A stretch of 64,000 nt of DNA, taken from Eledone cirrhosa. Taxonomy: Eukaryota. The stretch lies in the NCBI GenBank assembly GCA_964016885.1, contig OZ024749.1:24118001-24182000 (forward strand), given 5' to 3'. Position 1 is the stretch's first letter, and the number at the start of each line of letters is the position of its first letter. The notes under the pieces are model-generated. The model had not been told where the DNA came from, did no database searches, and saw only the letters and a program-made list of their open reading frames with translations. Position numbers and translations under genes: made by a program. Positions 41,206 through 53,479 of the stretch are shown piece by piece.

Positions 41206-41341
41206 CGAAGGAAATGTGGTAAGGAACCAGGTGGACCATAACGCACCAAAGTACTCAATACGTAGGGTAGTAGAGTGGGTAATAGGAACGAGTAGGACCC
41301 CGACGGCTGAGCTCAGCCGTCGGGGTCCTACTCGTTCCTAT
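41203..41341 (-). mobile_element. pLTR fragment ending in a perfect 60 bp palindrome
   Basis: Reverse copy of the 10318-10450 family. Positions 41282-41341 are perfectly self-complementary, centred on gagctc. Confidence 0.8.
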
Positions 41342-41346
41342 ATATG

Positions 41347-41384
<38 letters not shown>

Positions 41385-41420
41385 TACATATATATATATA
41401 AACATATATATATATATATA

Positions 41421-41460
<40 letters not shown>

Positions 41461-41482
41461 CATATATATATATAAACATATA

Positions 41483-41520
<38 letters not shown>

Positions 41521-41528
41521 AACATATA

Positions 41529-41591
<63 letters not shown>

Positions 41592-41637
41592 ATATATACA
41601 TATATAGAAATATATATATATATATAAACATATATAG

Positions 41638-41673
<36 letters not shown>

Positions 41674-41903
41674 ATATATACATATATAGAAATATATATA
41701 TATATATATAAACATATATACATATATAGAAATATATATTAGAAATTGGAATAAATGCTCTGAAATAGCGATATATATGTGAATATAGACATAGAATATT
41801 CGAAAATATTCTGTATGTTTATAATAAACATTTTGAAGACCTAATCGCTATAGAATAGAATACGTCACGTATTACAATTAGATTCTCGATAAAAGCAAGG
41901 GAA

Positions 41904-41946
41904 GTAATCTACGCGTTTCATTCTCGTTAGAAATCATCAGGACTAC
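41904..41946 (-). ncRNA. Type I hammerhead ribozyme, array copy 1
   Basis: gtagtc-CTGATGA-tttct-aacg-agaat-GAAA-cgcg-TA-gattac, with palindromic stem III acgcgt. Confidence 0.85.
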
Positions 41947-42213
41947 ATATCCAGTGCTTTTATCGAGAATGACACAGCTAGAGACTTATAGAATACTTAG
42001 CTGTGTACAGGAACTGGTTTGAAAGAGCGGTTGCCGGTCCGGCAGAAATTAGAAATTGGAATAAATGCTCTGAAATAGCGATATATATGTGAATATAGAC
42101 ATAGAATATTCGAAAATATTCTGTATGTTTATAATAAACATTTTGAAGACCTAATCGCTATAGAATAGAATACGTCACGTATTACAATTAGATTCTCGAT
42201 AAAAGCAAGGGAA

Positions 42214-42256
42214 GTAATCTACGCGTTTCATTCTCGTTAGAAATCATCAGGACTAC
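42214..42256 (-). ncRNA. Type I hammerhead ribozyme, array copy 2
   Basis: Same sequence as copy 1, offset +310. Confidence 0.85.
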
Positions 42257-42523
42257 ATATCCAGTGCTTTTATCGAGAATGACACAGCTAGAGACTTATA
42301 GAATACTTAGCTGTGTACAGGAACTGGTTTGAAAGAGCGGTTGCCGGTCCGGCAGAAATTAGAAATTGGAATAAATGCTCTGAAATAGCGATATATATGT
42401 GAATATAGACATAGAATATTCGAAAATATTCTGTATGTTTATAATAAACATTTTGAAGACCTAATCGCTATAGAATAGAATACGTCACGTATTACAATTA
42501 GATTCTCGATAAAAGCAAGGGAA

Positions 42524-42566
42524 GTAATCTACGCGTTTCATTCTCGTTAGAAATCATCAGGACTAC
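42524..42566 (-). ncRNA. Type I hammerhead ribozyme, array copy 3
   Basis: Same sequence as copy 1, offset +620. Confidence 0.85.
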
Positions 42567-42833
42567 ATATCCAGTGCTTTTATCGAGAATGACACAGCTA
42601 GAGACTTATAGAATACTTAGCTGTGTACAGGAACTGGTTTGAAAGAGCGGTTGCCGGTCCGGCAGAAATTAGAAATTGGAATAAATGCTCTGAAATAGCG
42701 ATATATATGTGAATATAGACATAGAATATTCGAAAATATTCTGTATGTTTATAATAAACATTTTGAAGACCTAATCGCTATAGAATAGAATACGTCACGT
42801 ATTACAATTAGATTCTCGATAAAAGCAAGGGAA

Positions 42834-42876
42834 GTAATCTACGCGTTTCATTCTCGTTAGAAATCATCAGGACTAC
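42834..42876 (-). ncRNA. Type I hammerhead ribozyme, array copy 4
   Basis: Same sequence as copy 1, offset +930. Confidence 0.85.
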
Positions 42877-43177
42877 ATATCCAGTGCTTTTATCGAGAAT
42901 GACACAGCTAGAGACTTATAGAATACTTAGCTGTGTACAGGAACTGGTTTGAAAGAGCGGTTGCCGGTCCGGCAGAAATTAGAAATTGGAATAAATGCTC
43001 TGAAATAGCGATATATATGTGAATATAGACATAGAATATTCGAAAATATTCTGTATGTTTATAATAAACATTTTGAAGACCTAATCGCTATAGAATAGAA
43101 TACGTCACAGTTCCTGTACACAGCTAAGTATTCTATAAGTCTCTAGCTGTGTCATTCTCGATAAAAGCACTGGATAT

Positions 43178-43220
43178 GTAGTCCTGATGATTTCTAACGA
43201 GAATGAAACGCGTAGATTAC
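43178..43220 (+). ncRNA. Type I hammerhead ribozyme in the inverted copy
   Basis: gtagtcCTGATGAtttctaacgagaatGAAAcgcgTAgattac reads directly on the + strand. Confidence 0.85.
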
Positions 43221-43409
43221 TTCCCTTGCTTTTATCGAGAATCTAATTGTAATACGTGACGTATTCTATTCTATAGCGATTAGGTCTTCAAAATGTTTAT
43301 TATAAACATACAGAATATTTTCGAATATTCTATGTCTATATTCAAATATATATATATATATATATATACAATATTAAATAAATGGAAACTATATTTATAA
43401 AACCATATT

Positions 43410-43475
43410 TATTTCATTATATATATTTCGGGGATATCATATTAACAATATGCTATGCCTTCCTCAGACAAAATA
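43410..43475 (-). ncRNA. Type I hammerhead ribozyme (family shared with 53.5, 53.8 and 61 kb)
   Basis: tattttgt-CTGAGGA-aggcatagcatattgttaatatgatatcccc-GAAA-tatata-TA-atgaaata. It lies inside an inverted repeat (43369-43403 vs 43557-43591). Confidence 0.7.
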
Positions 43476-43680
43476 CAATATAAACAGTTTTATAGATAAA
43501 TAGATTCGACATACCGTAACAACACCGACTTGCATTTGAAGAGGTTGAATTGAATGGTTTTATAAATATAGTTTCCATTTATTTAATATTGTAAATATAC
43601 TCCAAATATTTGTCGAGTGCTTTTATATCAGTTATAAATATTTACTAGTTGTAACCCAACAATTTTAAATATAACTTTCC

Positions 43681-43729
<49 letters not shown>

Positions 43730-44219
43730 CATATATGTGTGTGTTTGTGTGGGGGGGGGGGGGTTTAGATCTCTTTTTGGAAGGTTTTTTTTTTCATATA
43801 CTGAGGCCTGCGTCGCCATTTTGTCGAAACCAATTTAATTTTAATTGATATCCCAAGTACACTGTATCTAATTCAAGTACCGTTCAATATATTCAATCAT
43901 AAAAGTATTTAAAGAGTGTGTTTATTTCTTTATCTTACTTTAGTAAATAGTTTGTAAATTGAGTTCGCTTTGCCGCAATTATGTTGTATTTATTGATACA
44001 CACAGTCGCTGACACATACGCACACACATACAAACATTTATCTATACGCACACAGGCACAGACACATACAGAAGCACACACATACACACACCAACGGACA
44101 TATATACATATATATATATATGCACACACACATATATGCATATATATATACACATATATACATATTTATACACACACTTATATATATGTTTATGTGTGTA
44201 TGTGTGAGAGGATGGGTGA

Positions 44220-44271
<52 letters not shown>

Positions 44272-45376
44272 TCATATAAATATATATATATATTCATATA
44301 AATGCTTATATATATATATATATAAATTCATATAAATGCATATATATATATATATAAATTCATTTTGCCTCTCAGAATAAATTGAAATTTTATCTATACA
44401 CGCCATTTTTAATGAAGAAACACTTATGAGTAGACTCTACGCTAAAATTAAACAGGATGTTTATACCACAGATTACATATATATGTGAGCATCAGAATTG
44501 GATCGATACGACTTCGCGGTCATAGTAAAATACCCATTTTCTATCCATGGAGGAGAAAATTTGATCTATCATGTGTATGTTGTATATACATCAGCATGGT
44601 GTTGATAATATATACTAAATAAGACTCATTTAACATGCTCAGTATAATTTTTAATATAGTGAATGATTACATATATATATAACGTTGAAAGAGATAGAAG
44701 GCTAAACAATGCAAAATGAACTGTAGGATGAGATAACCAAAATAATTTACCTGGTAATCTATTTTTTGTTTTTGTTGTTGTTGACCTTTTTCTGTCGAAT
44801 ATTTTTAGACCTAAAAGTCCCTTATTCAGGTTTTAAGAAACTTTCAGTGGATATATTTGTATCATAGTAAATAATGTCAGGTATCATTTGTTAATGTCGT
44901 GTTTTGAATACAATCTTTTGATAAGTATATAGTCTTAGTTTCATTCTGAAAATTAAAGTTTAGAGCTGGTATTGGTTCGATATGATATTCGAGAGAAAGG
45001 GGGTGGAATGAAGACAAATATTAGCATAAACAAAGGGAGTGTCATGAATTTGAGGAACAATAACTTCGCATATTGGACAAGGGTCCCTCAGTTTAAAGTC
45101 TAACATAATCGAAATAATTGTCGTAGCATTTGAGTACCTGTTGTGTAAAAGATGTGACACGTTGTACAGGGAATGATAAGAATGTGTTCAGTATTTGGGT
45201 TTGAGAGAGGCAGAGAGTGTTTGTGTACATGTGTATATGTGTGTCTGCGTTTGTGAGTGTATGTTTCACCTGAAGGATACGTCAACCCGTGTATGGTTAT
45301 AGCGAGTTACAGAACCCTTCGTGTGACACACTTGTTCTGATGTCTGTTAATTTGTTGTGGAACTAATTCTCTCTAA

Positions 45377-45600
45377 GGCACGTGGCTGAATGGATAGAAA
45401 ATTGGATTCGCAATTGCGAGATTGTGAGTTCGATTCCCGGACCGGGTGATGCGTTATGTCGTTGAACAAGACACGTTATTTCTCGTTGTTCCTTCTAACT
45501 GGATTTGCTGCCGGTAGATAGTATTAGCAATTGGAAACACCAATAGAAAGATTGTTTTCTCAGTCTGATTTGACGAGCTCCACCCCATTCGTTAAACGAC
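45377..45600 (+). mobile_element. tRNA-headed SINE (second family)
   Basis: ggcacgtggctgaatgg (A-box)..gtgagttcgattccc (B-box)..ttgaacaagacac. Confidence 0.75.
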
Positions 45601-46799
45601 TGAGTTCTGGGATCGTGTCGATCGACTGACAACATATATACAGTTCTAATACTACATCCACCTAGTTTGTTTGAATTCCTAAGCGGCGCCAAGGTTTGAG
45701 ATCATCCACTCACTCTGGTATCACGTCATTTTTTATATTCTTTAGTAGAGGGGGTTACAAGACGGTGAAACTTTTGACAGCCGATATTGCTTTAAATCTT
45801 GAGTCATTCATGATGTAAGTGCGAATTTTAATGAAGATCTGATTGTTAATTCTAATAACTTTTCTAAATCCCTTAAGGGGCCATCTTTAATCACATTACC
45901 AACAGGTATATATGTGTGTAGATATGAGCCTCTTTGTGGGTGTGTGTGTGAGTGTGTGTGTGGGTGTGTGTGTTTGTTCCCGTAGATGGTTCTTCTTTGT
46001 TGATACTATCGGTAGATATATATATGTATATATATATATATATATATATCATATATGAATTTGTATATATGTGTGTCTATTTTTGTGTGTGCACCTTTCT
46101 ACATGTTCGCGTCTGTATGTGTGTGTATATATGTGTATGTGTTTGTGTGTGCATCATTGTACATGTACGTGTCTGTATGTGTGTGCATATGTGTTTGTGT
46201 GTGTATATGTCTGTACATGTATATGTGTTTTGTGTGTGTGAGTGTGTGTGTGTGTGTGTGCATGTGCACCCCATTATGTGTCCGCACCAGTGTATATATA
46301 TGCATATATGATTGTGGTATGTAGTGGAGTGTAGTCACTACATTTCCTAATTATCGCTTGCTATCCGTATAAATCATTAAATACTAATTTGGTGTTAGTG
46401 GTAATTTGGAGAGATTGAACGTCGCCCATGATAATTGTATTGAATTAATGTGAAATTGTATTTACACTTAATAATTTAGAATATTCAAATGTGGCTTTAT
46501 TGAATATTCTTTCGAAATATTTAATATTCCTACTGAAATCAGAGTGTATTGGATTTTTGAATAATCATTTAAGTAATTAATTAATTTTCAAATGTCTCCA
46601 CTGCAATATTTATTGGAATAACCATATGTTGTAAAGATGTAGGTATATGTGCAGGTTACTACATCAGCCGTGTTTGTCTTCCAGGGGTTCTACATTCGTT
46701 ACTGAAGTCACTTGCATCTGATGTTCAAATCATTATTATGTACGTCATATCTGTGATATGTAAAAAAAATAAGTATTTACGATTTCGGTACACACATCA

Positions 46800-47012
46800 A
46801 CAGTCGATGGACTTTCGTCAATTCTGACCGCGGAAACAATGTTTCCGTTGGTCTTTCCAATTGCTAATAATATCTATCGGTCGTAAATCCAGGTAGAAGG
46901 AGCAAAGTGAAATGAAGAGTCTTGCTCAAAGACATAACGAATCACTCAGTCCAGGAATCGAACTCACAACCTCAGGATTGCGAATTCAATTCCCTAACCA
47001 TCAACCACGCGC
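46800..47012 (-). mobile_element. tRNA-headed SINE (second family), inverted relative to 45377
   Basis: Reverse reads gcgcgtggttgatgg..gtgagttcgattcctgg..ttgagcaagac..ttagcaattggaaa. Confidence 0.75.
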
Positions 47013-47075
47013 ATTCACATACACAGGCATAAAAGTATATGCATACACACACATATACCCGCATTAACACAGACA

Positions 47076-47171
<96 letters not shown>

Positions 47172-47237
47172 GAAGAGAGAAGAAACATTTAGATATAATT
47201 AGTAATAAAATGTATCATACCTAAACTGCTCCTAGAT

Positions 47238-47327
47238 TCCTCGACTACGTAGTTTCGTGGCACAAACAAAAACAATACATCATAAAGATATAGAGTCCTT
47301 GCGAGGTCTGCCGACTTATCAAGAGGA
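47238..47327 (-). ncRNA. Type I hammerhead, U3-A8 variant, extended stem II
   Basis: Reverse-complement copy of 47881-47970. Confidence 0.75.
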
Positions 47328-47880
47328 TACCTCATTTTACTAGTCTCAAGAAGGCGTCTACACGACGTGAGAAAGAATCCCAAAAGGCGGAGGGGGAGAT
47401 AGTCACGCGATATAACGGTCGAGAAACAGAGCTAAGCCTCTTATAACCCCGAAGAAAATACAACGGAGGCGGAGGGGGTATTTATATCGAAGCCAGTCCC
47501 AGTCATTCATTGAGCAACATCGGTGAAGTTGGCACCCTTAACTCACGGTTGGGTGCAATGATGCATTCATGTATATGTGTGTGTCCGCATGTATCTGTGT
47601 GTTTCTAAATATATTGTTAATAACTCCCTCTGGTCGAGCAATCTTTGAGGTGTGGGGACTGCTGAAAAGCTTCCATTACTCATACTTCTCGCCTCCTTCA
47701 CCACCTCTTCTACGGCTTCGATATAAATACCCCCTCCGCCTCCGTGGTATTTTCTTCGGGGTTATAAGAGGCTTAGCTCTGTTTCTCGACCGTTATATCG
47801 CGTGACTATCTCCCCCTCCGCCTTTTGGGATTCTTTCTCACGTCGTGTAGACGCGTTCTTGAGACTAGTAAAATGAGGTA

Positions 47881-47970
47881 TCCTCTTGATAAGTCGGCAG
47901 ACCTCGCAAGGACTCTATATCTTTATGATGTATTGTTTTTGTTTATGCCACGAAACTACGTAGTCGAGGA
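47881..47970 (+). ncRNA. Type I hammerhead, U3-A8 variant, extended stem II
   Basis: tcctc-TTGATAA-gtcggca...tgccac-GAAA-ctacgtag-TC-gagga, with palindromic stem III actacgtagt and a GUC triplet. Confidence 0.78.
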
Positions 47971-48378
47971 ATCTAGGAGCAGTTTAGGTATGATACATTT
48001 TATTACTAATTATATCTAAATGTTTCTTCTCTCTTCATAATGTATTTTTAACTCTGATACTGGTTCAGTCTAGTTCAACCGGATTGGTCTGTCCCAGTCA
48101 TTCATTGAGCAACATCGGTGAAGTTGGCTCCCTTAACTCACGGTTGGGTGCGGATGCATTCATGTATATGTGTGTGTCCGCATGTATCTGTGTGTTTCTA
48201 AATATATTATATATATATATATATATTGTTATGCTTTGGGAGGGTCATGTTGCCAATAAGAGACACACGCACCAGTTGCTTTCACTTCAATTTATTATAA
48301 ATAAAATTTATAAATTTAAGAATTTATAAATTTCCGGTTGGTTGGTTGGTTCCACAACCAGACGATTGTTCATATATT

Positions 48379-48421
48379 GTCAAAGTTCTTTCGTCACACA
48401 TTATGTGACCTCTTCAGTGAC
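48379..48421 (-). ncRNA. Minimal type I hammerhead
   Basis: gtca-CTGAAGA-g-gtcaca-taatg-tgtgac-GAAA-gaac-TT-tgac. It lies in a pLTR-like unit ending in (TA)n at ~48225. Confidence 0.65.
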
Positions 48422-48567
48422 TGTGGTTTCTTTTCTTTGTTTTTGGGCCTCTCCTTTGTTCTGTCCTACGCCATCTTGTTTTTGTGTGTGTTGTGTGCTT
48501 AGTTTGCGCATGTGTTACATCCGGGTGCCTGTATGTGTTTATGTTTGTTTATTTATTTGTTTATTTA

Positions 48568-48896
48568 CATGTTACTGGTTGGCTGTTTGTTCTATGTGTG
48601 TGTGTGTTTTGATTTTGTCCTTAATTGTAAGTCGTGATGTTACTATTCCATTCATGTTTTGTATTTAATTTTGGTTGGAAATTCATAAATTCTTAAAATT
48701 ATAAATTTAAATTATAATAAATTGAAGTGAAATCAACTGGTGCGTGTGTTTCTTATTGGCAACACGACGCTCCCAAAGCATAACAATATCGGTTTCAGCA
48801 CACGTTTTCAGATAAAGAATATTGCTAAGCAAATTCAGAAAGGAAATATATATATATATATATATATATATATCCAAGGAGGTGTGGTAAGGAAGC

Positions 48897-48978
<82 letters not shown>

Positions 48979-49510
48979 AAATAAATAATCGAGAATCGGA
49001 ATCTCGCCCAACGAAATAACGAAACACAATCTTCGAAATGCATGGCAAAGGGGTCAATAGTTTGGAAAAACCAGAGCTATAACTATCCTTTAAATACCAA
49101 CACAGAGACAATGCTTAAAATCATTCGCACAGCCGAAAAAACGACCGGGAAAATTCGGGTCATACAAATAATAAATTAATAAATTAATAAATTAAATGAA
49201 TGAAAAATCTTACCTGGACCCGCTAGAAGGATGTTAAATTCTAACTTTTTGGATTTCTGCGGTTCCTTAATCAATTACCGTCAGCCTACATAAAAAATAT
49301 ATCCGACTTCTGGCAAAGAGATGAACGAGGAAACCACTTTCTCAGCAGGCATTTCGTTTAAAAATACAGGGGCGCCCGTTACTAAACGTACATGGGGTCC
49401 AACAAGGGAGGGAACCCCTATATTAGGCGAATGAATTCAGTAGTGTATACTTTGTAAAAATACAAAATATCACATATCGAATTAGAGTTCTCAACAGACG
49501 GGTGAAAATT

Positions 49511-49554
<44 letters not shown>

Positions 49555-49984
49555 GGCGTGTGGCGGAGTGGTTAGAGAATTGTTCCCCCGATTTGTTCCC
49601 CCGATTTGACGAAAGTCGATCGTTCCTTAAAATATATATATATATATATATATCTGGTTCCTTACCACACCTCCTTCGATTTATATGTATATATATATAT
49701 ATATATTTCGTTTCTGAATTTGCTTAGCAAGATTCTTTATCTGAAAACGTGTGTTGAAACCAATATTGTTATGCTTTGGGAGGGTCATGTTGCCAATAAG
49801 AAACATACTCACCAGTTGCTTTCACTTCAATTTATCATAATTTAAATTTATAAATTTAAGAATTTATGAATTTCCAACCAAAATTAAATAGAAAAAATGA
49901 ATGGAATAGTAACATGACGACTTACAAATAAGGACAAAATGAAAACACACACACACATAGAACGAACAACCAACCAGTAACATG
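48568..49984. repeat. Diverged inverted repeat (~335 bp arms 48568-48902 and 49650-49984) of composite pLTR ends
   Basis: The arms align in reverse complement across an internal (TA)n tract. Confidence 0.85.
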
Positions 49985-49989
49985 TATAT

Positions 49990-50825
49990 ATGTCTGTAAA
50001 CTACGTAAGCCAGGCTTACGTAGTTTACAGACTAGAGTGTGACAAATGCAACAACTTCTACGCAGGTAGCACCACCAGACCACTCCACATAAGAATAAAA
50101 GAACACCTCAATACTAACGCTTCCTCATTTAAGAAACACCTAGTTAAATGCAAAAACACTGATAAAAACATAACAGTTAGGATAGAAACTAAAGAAAGAA
50201 ACCTCGGTAATCTTAGAATCAAGGAAGCACTCATTATAGATAGAACACATCCACCAATCAATAATAGACTAGAGCTCAACACCCAATTTATAACCTGATA
50301 GGGCCTCTAGCCCCACTTTACACACCCCACACACACGCACGCACACACCTCCACTTATTCTCTCTCACACATACACACACAAAACCAGTTCTAACACCAG
50401 ATAACACCTACCCCCCACTTTTACGATTAGACCTATCTTCCCACACTCACACACACACATACCTACACCTTCATGCTTTCTCCCACACACATATACAGGC
50501 ACGCATATAAAATTTAAAAAACACAACAAAAACATAAACAAACCCCTCTTAAAGGGAGACTACTCTTTACCCAACTAATTTTAATTCTTTGATATTAAAG
50601 TTAGAACTCTATACTATTTCCGGTCAGCATGGCTTCATTGGAAATTTAAGACGCTGGTCTGAGACTTTTACTTCCCTCCGAAGAAGAGATATTATCTCGA
50701 AAATTAAGGACATTTAAATAAATTCAAGGTGAAAGACGAACGCTCATCAATATCTCTCACTATTGCATTCTTTTTCTATGTCCATATCTGCATTGTCTTG
50801 GCCTTATTACACATTTTCTAACGTT
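49990..50825 (+). mobile_element. PLE 3' remnant: GIY-YIG domain (49990..50298) plus 3' terminal repeat with a variant HHR at ~50674-50710
   Basis: Protein VVYRLECDKCNNFYAGSTTRPLHIRIKEHL..LRIKEALII..P.IN. HHR-like cct-CCGAAGA-a-gagat-att-atctc-GAAA-at-TA-agg. Ends in (TA)n. Confidence 0.8.
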
Positions 50826-50862
50826 TATATATATATATATATATATATGTTTACATATCTCT

Positions 50863-50978
<116 letters not shown>

Positions 50979-51008
50979 ATAAATATATATATGGTTTTTT
51001 ATATCTAT

Positions 51009-51041
<33 letters not shown>

Positions 51042-51141
51042 GATATATATGTTTATATATAATATATATATATATATATGTATTTATATATAATTTCCTT
51101 TTTGGCATATTAATCTGTGAAAATTGTGGTTATCGAGTTGA

Positions 51142-51221
51142 GCTCTGCTGAGGATCGAATCCCAACCGTGACCATCTCCACTGAAAGTTTTGGTGAAATA
51201 GTCTTTAAGACTATACAGAGC
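51142..51221 (+). ncRNA. Type I hammerhead (same family as 13347)
   Basis: gctctg-CTGAGGA-(40 nt)-GAAA-tagtc-tttaa-gacta-TA-cagagc. The stems are conserved while N7 and loop III differ from the 13.3 kb copy. Confidence 0.78.
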
Positions 51222-51499
51222 ATTTAAAGTTTATCAAAATTGAAGGATGAGTATTTAAACTTTATTTTATCATGTGTTAAGGCTCTATTGATTTTTCCCT
51301 GGATTTCACTAAATTCTGTGGATGGATCTATATCCTGATTCGCTTTGAGAAGAGTTTGAATTATTTTCCCTACATCTTACGTTAACTATTTTTCCTATTT
51401 TGACGCTATAGTCACTTATATATTATGGAATACTGTTGGCTTTTTGCTACAATGTTTTCTATACCTTTCATTTATATATATTTATATATATATATATAT

Positions 51500-51589
<90 letters not shown>

Positions 51590-51983
51590 AGCTATATATA
51601 TATAACCAGCTAAAAACTTTTTGAAATTAAAAGTTGAAATATAATTTTAATTTTAAAATTTTTTAAATTATGTATTATCTTACAACGGTTCTTTTAATTC
51701 CTCTCTGTGAGACAGTGTTTCTCAGTATCAAAGGTTATTTATCTCTGTCTCTCACTCATTTCTCCTCCTCTCTCATCCTTCCTTCTTATACTCCTCCTCC
51801 GCCATCCTTTCCTTATTATTATATATTTTTTCCTTATTATTTTCTTTCTTCCTCTTCCTTACCTTATCTTTCCCCCTTCCTTCTTTTTTCCCCAATCTCA
51901 TATATCCATCTTATTTTATTTTTCATACGTTGATTAACACTTCACTGCTCGCAAGTGTTTTTAAGCTTTATATAATGTCTCCC

Positions 51984-52051
51984 TATTTTATCTGATGAGA
52001 ACGCAAATATCCCATGATGATATTTGTTTTTGAAATGCGCATAATAAAATA
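51984..52051 (+). ncRNA. Type I hammerhead ribozyme
   Basis: tattttat-CTGATGA-gaac-gcaaatatc-ccatgat-gatatttgt-tttt-GAAA-tgcgca-TA-ataaaata, with an 8 bp stem I and palindromic atgcgcat. Confidence 0.82.
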
Positions 52052-52139
52052 TATAGAACTTTTTTAACCATCTTTTGATCTTATATATACACATATATAT
52101 ATATATTATATACATATATATACATATACATATATATAT

Positions 52140-52196
<57 letters not shown>

Positions 52197-52197
52197 C

Positions 52198-52229
<32 letters not shown>

Positions 52230-52230
52230 G

Positions 52231-52379
<149 letters not shown>

Positions 52380-52384
52380 GTATG

Positions 52385-52434
<50 letters not shown>

Positions 52435-52645
52435 CATATATATATATACTTATATATATATACATATATATATATACTTATATATATATACATATGTACA
52501 TATATATATATACATATATATATACTTATATATATATACGTATGTACATATATATATATACTTATATATATATACATATGTACATATATATATATACATA
52601 TATATATACTTATATATATATACATATGTACATATATACAAATAC

Positions 52646-52679
<34 letters not shown>

Positions 52680-52911
52680 ATATTTATATATATGTGTTAT
52701 ATTTGGGGAGGGTCATATTTGCGTAATATTGCCAGAATTAATAACAGAACACACTCACTGTTTGGTTGGTTTTCGCTTCTCGCTGTCTTTTATATATATA
52801 TATCTGCGATCTAACTTACTCGGTCCTCAATGTTGCCATTGACTGACCGGCGGTCAAAAATAATACAGATACAATATAGACAAACACATATATATATAGT
52901 TTACATAATTT

Positions 52912-52951
52912 ACATAAATCTTTCGTTGCACATCTGCAACATCGTCAGTGG
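52912..52951 (-). ncRNA. Degenerate hammerhead (related to the 48379 family)
   Basis: ca-CTGACGA-t-gttgca-gatg-tgcaac-GAAA-gatt-TA-tg; stem I is weak. Confidence 0.5.
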
Positions 52952-53219
52952 TGTTATATTCATTGTTCCTCCTGTTGTGTTGTATGTCTACGCCATTTTT
53001 TTTTGTTCAGTCTGTCTATATATTTATTTATTTATTTGCTTGTTTGTTTATCTTATTTTATTTTGTCTTCTTTGCGCATGCGTTTGCGTGTGTGTATAGT
53101 GTTATGTGTGATGTATGACTAGTGTGTATAGTTTTGTGTCTGCTGGGTGACTAGTGTGTGTTTATGTGCTGGGTGACTAGTGTGTGTTATGTATATATAT
53201 ATACACACATATATATATA

Positions 53220-53393
<174 letters not shown>

Positions 53394-53479
53394 AAAGTTT
53401 TATTTAAAAAGTGTTGGGTTACAACGAGTAAATATTTTATAACTGATATAAAAGCACTCAACAGGTTTTGGAGTAGGTT

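Larger units (their letters stand above)
41739..43344 (-). mobile_element. 310 bp tandem array (~4.4 copies) plus an inverted partial copy, one HHR per unit: non-autonomous PLE derivative / retrozyme-like element
   Basis: agaaattgga occurs at 41741, 42051, 42361, 42671 and 42981. Inverted copy at 43108-43344. No ORF; (TA)n on both sides. Confidence 0.85.
47167..48041. repeat. Long inverted repeat (~328 bp near-identical arms 47167-47494 and 47714-48041) of an HHR-bearing pLTR
   Basis: The arms give near-identical conceptual translations on opposite strands (47189..47383 - and 47825..48019 +). Spacer segment ~47496-47614 is duplicated at ~48091-48207. Confidence 0.92.

Noticed and set aside
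41739-43107. CRISPR-like or coding tandem array
   Set aside because: The units are contiguous with no variable spacers, there is no ORF or cas gene, and the context is eukaryotic.
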